A stretch of 64,000 nucleotides of DNA, from positions 45,137 to 109,136 of IMG/VR virus record IMGVR_UViG_3300020193_000005; one strand, given 5' to 3'. Position 1 is the stretch's first letter, and every line of letters begins with the position of its first letter. This document shows, one piece after another, positions 22,801-33,300 of the stretch. A program made the translations under genes and the position numbers. The stretch is from a virus. The notes below the pieces were generated by a model. It did not search any database and was not told the DNA's origin. It saw nothing but the letters and a program-made list of their open reading frames with translations.

Positions 22801-22971
22801 ACGTTATATCCGTCACAGGTCGGAGAATTTTTGCAGTCCCTGAGGAGCGCGTTCGGCAAGCCCGGTGGTCGAGAACGGTATGCGCCTACGGGGAACATGT
22901 TCAATAATTCAGTAAGGTCTACTTCCTGGTGGAAGAGGCTAGGATTGAAGGCGCCCTATGGCCGATCCTGA
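16849..22971 (+). CDS. Giant virion-associated protein (2040 aa) with shared tag and a putative C-terminal ADP-ribosyltransferase-like domain
   Basis: GTG start with SD GGAG; tag at 17503-17610; DTGRMR at 18172; IVRG...GGEGLNF...GVDGY...LLNRTAVV at ~21445-22790. Confidence 0.75.
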   Translation: MNNDLVFAPIRDVYTDLIFSVLLSDGIKCKAIGNMNQGDDWARWANGSGLSSSLILDSLDYTLRADEFSPLTESSLISVKSILTADAYDALSVSLDGISIKSQPDDDESQADEDLPEPEQEPVSAISVIEVGMSLFDAQFKKLAVDYKANYQNTKIDVSSLALSVKATKSVWANKADGVAWKSLVSNSYSDDPGKLIYGKMYGRGLSRRFAMSVKAVSNMDPRTARDADSDRLVLEGIPTVNLGRGVPDPTPFGAARLARRTRKNRDYAVADGKNRKRRMESRFSAEIRTGGLDSTAVGGRDYLKDDESDSGKTTLNRRMNRRTAGSSTSATARGTSASFDSGNPAQSATRSTRGRFPKTSRIIQKIRNNPPVRRLSENVFGDRKISGKKPRLDKRTMANRSTGWLNKLSERIASASPPKMDTGSPIRENRRRKSPFAGESDTGRMRRVVYSQTTPMRSLFGLRNSMDDDSANRKNLSEYTPTERALILGEAKKVRSDLLSQWRSRLGLSEDADVLEDGILTYIQDQEARGKNVYPLQVQAHNLLILDEMLWDAETKPDKNMDNMWWNLKENARARIVSDSGVLVPSAQKQGDNDLSRPPARPVKTPITAPPPKSADEIVKTQVAANDNPWKMDKNTRDQVMSDLGEWLKNSPEFLTFSDRFGENETEWDEFSPSEQSALKREMGYRENELVNTINEIMTPTSANQKDYRINGRITPESLRNMTNDSYVSLNPGGANLYPDIRSLIAIMDLLGAPNWDVKTQKEAWKAIGNRNRNVVSKRADILRRDLRRGGRYGGVVGERTQVTPKSRATETEKPVERPVEPVTTEPTQTQNPSVRATQSRPSINLPRTARGGAVKTVTLVDEDGKEIVKEVSAFGDPFQYDHEDQYVDRNGTLYLYERQSKLYRNPVTGEYLENYSDPGMEVDVGIDSELEHPPVNQRVQKSAKVGNVVSYPQQNVGGKQQKPRFFSKISNLRLARDGGKNSDKLSHFQVFATALGISESELLERLGMTADSGGKVFYLAPGVLEGLSPDTARQAYEIMLMLDDEYMTDDMKIEELTTLDVIDASELFADGRRATAAEVYAYYVDPDLLDLGYSADPGIYGLAPGTAKERVLAHYISGSLLLPRDKDPSYGDSNFAVAMPDGSKLVIGHDVGSRGSARAIQYPKYLNMDLTTRQIVVPFDLFLEGQSRFVNRYNQIGVPLIPGIPDIGDVRLSVPKLVAVRYHPAGVARQRGSYWKGSPNDEPMRVLARKVNKAILDDTDSDWFEAIRDAVRKYNQASNQMQTALAEWRKIRGNRSRVKGPKRSFIMEQEKLEAIGKIITEILAPNAHKALNRVRGTKSATAKTRNQVQRMRFNRSSSAGAKNSPDLEERQLYPTHDEAGNIIVRSPETLIELSKLNHTEGFLPMIKLDVKPDSDYEISQLTEDQIRSLASIRLAEETLIDPSDPDFELSEELKIESSSEQNEERVARASARKKMSQKVALDLAGYTYKPVAATQVEFMELLADADELDPVPEDKLPTNYPLDADWTVLPIVRGINHKIDVRKPIREKLFKWFFGGNKFTDEAAKELIDGPYFVPSGYNGAVGGEGLNFYHASGGGSGGYTGGKNDKVMMAVMPNARIFHRGLLKYLATQMTVLHQMVSAAIYSDSGVERELPIDEDAWNSKNFDFADNPKIYSHFYSPYGGAYQNYEVRYIDDDGSIAQYTVSGSQGFGDSLDISNVQAQEQEPVPKKPNQEDTRTLSEQRYDIFRNLWFGIFGEEPSEKYRGLDSSDAKTMNELLEEIMKKLVTVVPAQAQERRKRGDSLTPKSRRTGIADDAPNRSFPIDPRFFDIDFVAETSFNADYYLSPEELREYSIAEWAKRTRAQMLSWFIQAEIAKGAEIAKARLAGKIPWNEEIRKYVAFQEVLLRLEDEVVLGTIIGVDGYWSDDDTDELLKLTETPAISERSIGRMFVRNNKMIFSPVYQGNLGGQFMLLNRTAVVANDRTLYPSQVGEFLQSLRSAFGKPGGRERYAPTGNMFNNSVRSTSWWKRLGLKAPYGRS

Positions 22972-23401
22972 TGAAAATAACCTGACCGCGGAAGAAATTT
23001 ATTCCATGATCGCCGATTTTGCCGAACTTTCGGAATCGGCGAAATATCCTCCTTTTTCGGTTTCGCACGTACCGAACCAGTTGCTTGAGGCGTTGAACAG
23101 GGAGTTCGAGGACGTCGTGCTCCGCGGAAAGTCCTACGATTCTTTTGACAAAGTGAAGGAGGAATTCGCCGAGGGCATCTCCGAGGCCAGGGCTTGGTCC
23201 AAATTGTTCGATACTCCGAAGGACGCGGCCATCGAATACCTGAGGAGGAGTTACGAGAAATTGGGCAGGGATCCGAAGAGCACTCTCGCCATGGCGAGGG
23301 GAATGCACGAACGGCTCGGACGAACCTACGATTCCAATAAAATCATTCCACCTCTGGCGGAACATATGGGGTTTGGTCAATACGAATCGCAGGACGAATG
23401 A
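22958..23401 (+). CDS. Small hypothetical protein following the giant gene
   Basis: 147-aa ORF overlapping both neighbours. Confidence 0.7.
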   Translation: MADPDENNLTAEEIYSMIADFAELSESAKYPPFSVSHVPNQLLEALNREFEDVVLRGKSYDSFDKVKEEFAEGISEARAWSKLFDTPKDAAIEYLRRSYEKLGRDPKSTLAMARGMHERLGRTYDSNKIIPPLAEHMGFGQYESQDE

Positions 23402-24261
23402 TGTCCGACGACCCCAACTCGAAAAGACAAGTGGCGAAAATAGCCAGATACATGGGGTGCAGGGGGGTTCATTTATCCTCCGAAGGAAAATGGCTTCCGT
23501 GCGCGGATGCCGAAACCCTGAGAAGACTGAGCACCGCCGCCGAGGACGATTCGTGGATAAAAAAGTACGAGAAGTCGCTGTTCCTGCTTCCCGGCGGGAT
23601 CGTGGCCGAAAAAACGGCTTACACCAAACCCAAATTGAGGGAGTCTATAAAGAACAGAATCATGGCGGGATCGCGCGGCGGAAAACCGGGTCAATGGTCG
23701 GCTAGAAAAGCCCAATTGGTGGCCATTGAATACCGTAAGGCCGGCGGCGGATACAGGGGGAAGAAAACAAAAAAACAAAGATCTCTCTCCAAGTGGACGA
23801 AGGAAAAATGGACCACGTCCGACGGCAAGCCGGCGATAAGAAAAGGAGGGACCAGACGGTATCTACCGTCCAAGGCGTGGCGCAAGCTGACGCCCGCACA
23901 GAAAAGAGCCACCAATCGCAAAAAAATAAGCGGCAGCAGGAAAGGTAGGCAGTTCGTCGCCAATACCGATGCCGCCGCGGAAGCCAGACGATCGGCGACT
24001 AAATCTCTGATTTCCCAAATGTCAACCAAATCAATCGTCGTACAGAATTTCTCCGAGCTCAACGGTCGCGGTTCCAAGAGAAAAAAGAGGGGGAGGCGCT
24101 GGGAAAAATTGCACGAAAGGGGTCCTTTCTCCGCCCTCGGAACGCCCGGTCTTGGGATCACCTCAAGCCCGGGAGTGATCTCGGCATCGCTGACCAAGAG
24201 GCTCTACGACGCTAGCGACGACGTCAAAAATTATCTGGATATCAAAAGACGTAGCTACTAA
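23398..24261 (+). CDS. Basic protein with DUF3721-like Cys motif and DUF5872-like domain
   Basis: ARYMGCRGVH...WLPC; YTKPKLRESIK...GGKPGQWSARKAQL...YRKAGGGY...SLSKWTKEKW...RYLP. Confidence 0.8.
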   Translation: MMSDDPNSKRQVAKIARYMGCRGVHLSSEGKWLPCADAETLRRLSTAAEDDSWIKKYEKSLFLLPGGIVAEKTAYTKPKLRESIKNRIMAGSRGGKPGQWSARKAQLVAIEYRKAGGGYRGKKTKKQRSLSKWTKEKWTTSDGKPAIRKGGTRRYLPSKAWRKLTPAQKRATNRKKISGSRKGRQFVANTDAAAEARRSATKSLISQMSTKSIVVQNFSELNGRGSKRKKRGRRWEKLHERGPFSALGTPGLGITSSPGVISASLTKRLYDASDDVKNYLDIKRRSY

Positions 24262-24338
24262 CGCCACGGATACCGAGGAAAGAGTATCCTTATCGGTACG
24301 ATAAGCGCGCCGCGCCGTCGATACACACGGAAGAAACG

Positions 24339-27300
24339 ATGACCGAAGATCACGAACAAGGCGATTGTTGCCCGCTCTCGCCGGACGGGCATTCGCCCGA
24401 GGAAAAATCGTTTTCTTTCGGTCCGAGACAAGTCAGGCCCGACGAATTTGACGCATTTGTTGACAAGGAATCCGCTAGATCGAGGGCTCGACAACTCGGG
24501 TGCATAGGAATCAGGCAGTACAGTTCGACCGCCGGCGGTTTGATATGGATGCCCTGTAGTAACGAATCGGACTACAGAAGGGTGACCGGCAGAAGTCCCC
24601 TGGGAAGAAGGGAAAGAAGACGGATTCTTCGAAACGAAATTGAATCCGTCATGAAGAAAAAAGATCTGGGCCCGTCACTCGGAATGAGCGACGCAAGGGA
24701 CATGAACCCCGCCACGGCCATAGACGCCGACCTGGACAGACTCGTACTCGAGGGAATACCGACGATCAACCTCGGTCGCGGGGTGCCGGATCCCACTCCG
24801 TTCGGAACGGAAATTCCGAAAATTCCGGAAACTCGAAGAGTGTTGGACGCGCCGGAAAAAATTGAGGCGAGAACGCCGGACGAACCCAGGAAGAAAAAAC
24901 TGAAGCGGATACGCAAAATAATCGAACCCGTCGTCGCGCCAAAGGCGTCCCCTCTTTCGTCTGCGGCGAAAAAATTCGGAAAAATCAACTTTCAAAAAAT
25001 AACGAAGAAAAAGAAACCGAAGAAGAAAAAACTCAACTATTCGACGGTTATCGGCAACATGGAGAAACTCCTGACGGATTTTCCCGTCGACTACTCCTTC
25101 GTTCCGAAACCGATCTCCGACGATGCGAGATCGAAGCTCGGCTTGACGGGGGCGGCGGGACTACCGGCCGAAAGAATAAGATCCGGCGCGGCGATCGCGG
25201 AAATTTCGGAACAATCCATAAACTCCATGAAAAATATTTTCCAAATGATCGGATCGCAGACCGGAAATCAATACGCGTCCTTGATTGATTCGCGAATAGC
25301 GAAGATGAATTCAGCCCAGAGACCCGTCGCCCCTCGGCCGCCGACCGGATCGGCGACCTTACTGGGCGCCATTCTCTCCGTTCAGCGTTCCAATAACGAG
25401 GAGTTCATCGGAACATACGGAGTTGGGGATTCCGATTTGTTCTCGGAGAATTACGTATCGTCCATGGAGAAACTCATATCGCAGGGATTTTTTCCGGAGA
25501 CCGCGTCCTATCTGGTTTCCAATTTCAACGACATGGACGGAGGGCAGAGAAAAGCGGCGAACATGCTCGGCATGTCGGATCGCTCCCTCAGGAGACTGAG
25601 GCGGGCGGCCGAGAAATCGAACAAGGTCTTCGGGGTCGGTACGGAAACGATCGGCTTGGCGAAGGTGGACTCGGATCCTTTTGAGGTGGCGACCGCGGTC
25701 CTATTGGCGAGAAACTATCTTCTAGAGAACGCTCGCAAAAACGGCGTCGATTACGACATGTGGCGGGCCGTCAGCGAATTGACCGGGGCGAACAAGCAGG
25801 TCACGCGCCGAATGTTTTCCTCGATTTTTTCCGCGAACAGAGATTATCTCGGGGAGGTTTACGGGGACTCTCGAAACGTCTCCGAGTACGGTAACGGGCT
25901 ACTGAGGCTCGCCAGCGGCGCGGCGGCGAACATGTCGGAGAACGACGCGACCGACCTGAACTCGATGATGAACGACAGCGATTCCGGGGCTATGGCCATA
26001 TACATTCCCCCCTCGAATCGGAGACCGAGGGATATCAACCCCAAAGCATCCCTGATTTACCCGATGCACAAACGTCAATCCGGTAGTTGGAGCGAAATAG
26101 CCAAAGACGTTCAAAAAATTCTGCGAAAGATAAAGAAGAACTTTCGCCACGTGGGGGACGCAGAACCGAAGCGATTCTCGTCTCTGGAAAAAGACATCGG
26201 GCAGATCCTGTTGGAATTGTTGCCCTACAGTTTCACCGACTACGCGAGGGAGATAGCGATACTTCAGGCGATACTGAGGGATAGGGTCGAATTCAATCTT
26301 CTTCCCATCGGAGAAGTGGGGAGTAACATCGGAGGAAAATTCGTTCCGGACGTACAGAAACTCTCCGTGTTGGGGCAAAACGGATTGTTGGATTTGTTCG
26401 AACCGATCAATGCGGTCAACGCTAGAACGCCAGAAAGAGACCTCGTTCCGAAACCCCTAAGTCTCGTGAGGGCGATATCTCTTCTAACGGAGGCGCTCGA
26501 TATCGCCTCCCGAGCCGCTTCCGAAATTCTCGCCACGACCGGCAGGGAGCGATTTTACGGTGACATCGGTTTGAGAACGAGACAGGAACTCGAAAGGCGA
26601 GACAAGTCAGCAGTCAATTTTCTAGTTTCCGACGCCTACCGCACCAGAGACTACGCCGAAGACGTGGATGGGTTCTCCCCGTATGAGCAACTCGTCATTT
26701 TCGGTCGAGGAATGAAGACGACAACGGACGACGTCGGGCAGATTCGCGATTACCTCAGCGATCGCCTGAGAAGATTGGAGAGAATCACCAATTTCGGTGG
26801 CACGATGGATGCCAGCAAAATAAACATGTTCGAAGCGACCGAGTCGGGGCTCGGCGACGAAATTATCGACGCAATCAGGGGCATAAACGAAGCTTGGTTC
26901 AACACTCTTCTCCCCTCCTACGTCAAACCGGTACCGGTGGCGGATCCGTCGACTCGAGAAATTCGCGAATTGTCCCCGGGGAGTACGGCGAGAAGGTACA
27001 GAACGGCGAAACAATTCTCCGACGCGCTGGCCGAGACGTTTGACTCGCTATACATGCGAAACGCTTCGCCGGATCTCCCGTCATCTCTTTTCGACCCGGA
27101 AGGCGAAACGATAGTCAAGGACAGATTCTTCGACGCCTACGAAGAACTTTTGCCGCTGATACTGGATCCCGAGAATCCGAGTCGCCCAGCGTTTACGTAT
27201 TCGGAGATAGATGCGGCGATCCGGGAATCTTTCGCCGAACTATTGGATCGAAAGCCAAGAGGCGTCGCAGAGTTGATGAAGAATCTATTGAACGACGGTC

Positions 27301-30300
27301 TCATGGAGGACGTAAAGAGAAACTTAAGGAATAGGTTCGGCGGTTACGACGCGTCCTTGGGCGGAGATCCGCGGGTGACGGAAAAATTCAGGTTCGTAGA
27401 CGCTCAATCGATCATACCTCGCCTGACCAGGGAGCGTTCGGCGAGAAGGCTCAGGAGGGCGACCGCCTCGGTTTCCGACGACGGAGATTCGGGAAGAATG
27501 GGCGGTTTTTCCGTTCCGAGACCCATCCAGTCGGCGACCGGCGGAACCCCCGGGGGAATCGGCTTTGATAAGAATTACGTGCGATCCGGTGATCTCGCCA
27601 ACGAGATGCGTCAAATAGACGAAAACAGCAAAAGGTTTTGGGACATGGTCGACGACAAGGTGTCGTTACGGGTGGCGGCGCGCGGATTGGCTCTACTCGA
27701 AGACCTAAAAGATCCTCAAAAACTTAGATCACTCATCGACGACATTTCTTCCCTTGCCCCGACGATCAACGGCCAGAGACTGGAGCCCTATTCGAATAAC
27801 GATGCCATCGCCATAGTGAAGGGGATGAAGGATTTATTCGATAGAAACGAATTGTCGGATATTGCGAATAATTCGGTTACCTACGATCCGGACAGACCGT
27901 GGACGGCGAACGTGATGACCTTCCTGATGGGCAGGCAAACGGGGAAAAATCCGCTACCGAAACAGTTTTTCGGGGCGCACCCCGACAAGCTCAGAGACTT
28001 GAGATTCGCGCCCCTTTATTACGACAACAACATGAGAACCCTGAGACCGTTCATGGAGTCTCTAGGAATCGGATCCGACGGAGAGATGATCAAATTCGCA
28101 ATGACGGGAAGACCGATTACCGGGAGTAGAAAGCACACGAGTCCGAAGAACAAGGACAATCAGGAAGCCAATTACGTGGGAGACGTGATGGCGATGTTCG
28201 TAGAGGGTCCGGAATCTTTGTCGAGGTACTCGGGCGGCGACAACGAGAACGATCCGAGAAGAAACTCCGACGTTGGCATAGGTCAGGCTTTCGAATACGC
28301 GTATCAGGTTTATCTGCGCGATCCGAGAAGAAAAATGAACGGTTCCCCGCTTTTGACGGTGGTCGGCGATCCCGCTAGAGAATTCGCGGTGAGGAACGAT
28401 TTCCGTAAACGCATTCACGACCTGTGGAACGAAGCGGAAAGAGTCTACGGCAGAGAGATACAGGGAAGGCCGGCGCCGATTCAGGACGAAGCGTTGTATT
28501 ACGCGGCGACGCAGGCGGTCAAATTGGCGGAGACGAATTCGTCAAGATTGGTCACGAGAGAAGATTTCTCCGAGGTTATGGACGTCATCCTACGAAACGA
28601 TATGGGAAGGGGATTTAGCACCTTCGGAGAAATCGCAACGGCTATTTTGGGAGAAAAAGCCGAAGCTTTCCGCGAACTTTCCGGTGAGGATTTGCGAAAA
28701 GCCGTAATCAACTCCATGACCCCCGAGTTGAAGAAGAAATTGACGGACAAAAAAAAGAGAATGAAAACGGCGGAAGAAATCTTCTTCGCCTCGGCTGTGG
28801 CGATCGCCGATTTCCCGTGGGATTCGGACGACGATCATTCAAATAAGAAGAAAGAGGATTGGATTGAAGTCGGAAAGAGAATCGGGGAGCTGAACCAAGC
28901 CTCGGTTTTTTACGACGAATTTTATAAGTATTTGTCGGAAAACGGAGGGGATAACGCCAAGTATTTTGACGCGCGATTCGGGAAGTTCATCACATCCAAT
29001 CAATTGAGCGTGATAGTCGACGACATAGCGCCAGGATTAACCGAGGGAATCTTCGCCGGAGAATCGGGTCGCATGTCGAAGGGCGAAATGATGAGCGAGG
29101 AAGAATACAAAGCCATTGTCGCGGCTCGCAATGCCATCGTAGAAAGAGTCAGGCGAAGCAGGTTTTTGTCCTCCCTTGATTTCGCCCAGGAAAAAGTCGA
29201 CGAAATCAACGAATTAGCCGAGAAGGCCGACAAGCTGATCGAATGGAAGAGAGCGAGACTCCTGAGCCTTGTCACGCCGCGCGATGGCGCACTGACGGAC
29301 GACGACTGGTTCGTCTACGCCGCGATAGGCGGTTTCTATCGACCCTTCCGATCGATATTCCTGCAAAGATTTGACGAAAAAAGCGCTCCGATCAGCGTGA
29401 CAACGGCGAGAGATAAGCTTCGCACGTTCATAGCCGAGGCCGGATCGGACGTCGTTAGGGAACTGTTCGGATGGGTTTCGACCGCGATCAGGGGGGAGGA
29501 AGACGAGCCGACCGAGGACGGAGAAACCAAGTTTAGAACGGTCTACGAGCTGACCTCCGACGGCGGAGTATCGCCGATTTTGGATCGACCCGACCTATTC
29601 GAGCGATCCGACGACGCAAGAAACGAAATATCGTACATAGATCCGAAGGCCAAAGAACCGATCATGGTGAGAGCCGAAGACGGGAGCCTGATACCGAAAC
29701 AGAAATCCCCGGCCGAATTGAGGAAAGCCAGCACTCCCATCAAGGTATTGACTCCCTACGGAAAACTCAACAAAGCGATACTTGACGGAGCGCTAAGAGC
29801 CGGTCTCGTCGCGATGCCGTCGGCGGACGAGGCCGAGAACGAATTACCCCTAGATATAGCACTCTCCGTCTTCGGGGGAGAATTGCCTCTCATCGAATTG
29901 CCGAAATCCTGGCACGAACCGCTGAGCGACGAGGAGCTTGAGCTCACCTTCACGCGAGCCGATTTGGCCGAAATAAGTAAGCAAGTAAAATTGTTCAACA
30001 GAAGATTTGCGCTGGAGATGCTCACAGGGGAAAAGGTTTCCCCGGACGTTAGCCAGAAGGTAGTCCGCGGAAAAGCGGAATTTATCGCCACGCCGGAACA
30101 GTTGAGTCAGAATCAGGCGTTGGAAGCCATGAACCCGCTGAATCAATCGAGCGTAAAGTCCTTCGTGAATACTCTTTCGCCCGAACAGTTGAAAACGATC
30201 GGTGCGTTGTTCGGATCCGATCAATCCTCCGCCATCAAGCTGACGCCGGAAATGTTGCTCGCCGCCAACGGCGGGTTGGATGAAGTCAATCTGAGCGTCG

Positions 30301-33300
30301 CCAAATTAATCGTTGAGGCGGCGAAAAAAGTCGCATTTCTGAGGAGAACGGAAAACGGCGACGATTTGATAAACCAAAGAGTTGCGACCATCCTCGGCGA
30401 CTCATCTTTGGGCGACAACGAAAAAAAGGTGATAACCGCCGTCGGCTCCGGCGACTCGGACGCGGCGAAAAAAGCCTTCATTGATCTCCCGAGAGAGTCC
30501 GCGGCTTCCTTGTCTCGATCGTTGCTCAAACCCATTTACGACCTATCGGCGAAGGATGCTCAGGGAAATTTGGTCGCCGGGATCGCCGACGTCACGCAGA
30601 CGGACGCGGAATCGGGTCTGCAGTGGACGAGAAATCTACTGGAACATGTTTTGTCGATGCCCGAACCTTTGCAGTTTTTGGAGGAGTTCAGGAAGGGGTT
30701 GAAAACGGGTGCGGCGAGACGCGCGGTGATAGAGGTTGGCACCTCCAGAACGGCAGACCCGGGAGCAGAAACAACGGCTCTCCGAACCGTCAAACTCGAC
30801 GGAGAGTGGATGAAGCGTTTCGTGATCGGAAAACCCGTCGACGGAAAAGGGTACATAATAATGAGAGTTCTGGACGGCCAGGACAGAACGAGATTGGACG
30901 AAATGCGAGAAAAAATACAAAATTTCTCCGGTTCCTCTAGCGAAGCCGCCGAAATAATCTCGTTGATGACCGACGAAGAAGTAACGAATTTTCTCATCAA
31001 CAAGGTTTACCCGGCTTTGGTGGCGAAAGGAATGCGCGACAAATTCTCCTTCGGAATGGCCCAAGTGACGGCGGAACTTGACGCAAAAATGAGATCCATA
31101 GGCAGAAGACTGCGTAAATCCTCTTCCGTTACGGAAATCCTCGACGCGACGGAGGCGGCGATAGCCGAGGCGTTCGACGGCAGAACCAGGGACATGCTGA
31201 CCCGGGAGGAACTCGTACAGTACGGGGATCTCGTTGCGTACTTCGCCGCCGGCGGAAAGCAGATTCTCCCTCCGGAAAAATACCGATCGGCTCTTGCGGA
31301 AATGGCGGCGGAGCGACGAAGAGTGGTGCAAAGAATAAAGGATCGGGCGGACGAGGAAACGAGGGAGGAAGAGGAACTATACGAGGCGATGATGGATCCG
31401 CCCATCGAGCAGTCTCTCCTGGAGGCCTTGCAAAGAGCGAGGGATCCGCAAACCATCGCCGATTTGGCGGAGCAGGAAGAGCTGTACAGGATCATGGGCG
31501 GCGGCAGAATACCCGGATCCGGTTTGAGGCCTTACGACGGAGTAGACGAGAATCTGGGGGAGTCGACTTTCTGGAAAATGTTCCGCCCCGACCCGGTGAC
31601 GGACGACGATTCCGAACAGAACCGTTTCGGGGAGGGCGATCCGTTCGGACAATCCGATACCGGACGCATGACCATGCCGCTGCCTCCCCCGCCCCCCGAC
31701 CCGGCGGTCAACATCGGGGATAGGGAGTATTCGAGACTGACCAAGGAGAACGCCGAAAGAACTTTCGGCGCATGGACATATCAGATGATATTCAGAAACT
31801 ATTCGACCATATTCGGGGGAAGGGGTACCGGGGCACCGCACATATCTCCGCAATCATATCCGACAGCGCCGCTGACCAGAAATCCCTATCATTACGACAG
31901 GGCTCGACGCGCGATAGACGCGATGTGGAGATTGACGACGGGCGACGTGCCGGAGGCCGTCCGTATACGTCTGGAGAACGACGAGAAAGTTCAACTGGAA
32001 CAAGCCAAGGAGTGGTTGGACGATTTGATTTGGGTCACCGCGGAATACATGCGCATGGCGGGCATTGACGTGCCGGACGACTACGACCCGAAATTGGCCG
32101 CGAACAAGAACAATCCGATACAACGCATCTTCTTGGACAACATGGCGGAGGCGACTCTTCTCGCCCTTTACTTCCCGTTCACTTTCAAGATACCGGTGAG
32201 GAGTTCGGGAACGGAAGGCGCCGCCGATTGGGTTCCACAGGACGACCAGGATTTCAATGTGGAAGGGTTGAATTCGGCGGACAGACCAAATCTTATTTAC
32301 GCCGCTTATCACTCGATCGTGGCCGGGGACTTCTCGGTGTCGAGCGGCATCGATTCCGGAGGAAGGGACATCTCCAGGTGGATATTCAACCCGAAACCGC
32401 AAAACGAAGGACCCGTTACCCCGCTCGGACCCATAGAAACGGAAATTTACGGATCACGGGATGACGGAACCCCGCCGACAGACGTCGTGAGCGACGCCAC
32501 TTCGGGCGGCGAACAAGACGACGGTTCGCCGTTCCTGGAGGATCCGCTAATCAAAGAACTTACCGATTTCATCGCCACGATTATCCTGAATCCGTTTGGC
32601 GGCAGTGAATACTCGTTCAACGAATGGCTCGATCAGGCTAATCGGTACTCAAAAATTCTGGGCTCTTCGCACTACGAGAAGAGAGGTAGCGGAAAAGGCC
32701 TGATTGATCTCGTGACAGAAGATCGTAGCGTCATCAACGTGGACAAGGTGTTGTCCGAGATAATCAAGACCGGCGGCGCAGGCGACGAATTCTCGACGCC
32801 GGATTCCCTGATTTCCTTCGGGGATCTATCCATCGCCGATCCGGACTACGGTCCTTCGTTCCCGGGTGTTTCGGACGAAATCAACGCTCCGTCCATGTTC
32901 GACAACATGTCCCCTCAGGAGATATCAAAACAAAGAAAAATCGGAATATCTTCGACCAGCAAGGCGAGCCAGGCCGCGCGAGCGGGATGGTGGGCTTCGC
33001 TTCAGTCCGGAAAACACCCGATGGAGATAGCTTCCTCGGAAAAAACCAGCGACGGAATCAACTGGCATCCGGACATAGTGGAAGAGGGAATACGCAAACA
33101 CGCGAAGCAAAACGGCATTGCGTCTTCTGTCGTTGACGCGGCTTTCGACGCCGCCGAAAAGGCATACGAAGCGAAAAATTTGAGCACGGCGAAACTCAAA
33201 TCGATCGCCGCGATAAGAGAAATAGTCGACGCGAACCCGAACAATCTGGCGAAAGTTTTCAACGATTTGGAAGAACTACTGAAACAAAGAGAGTCGGAGA

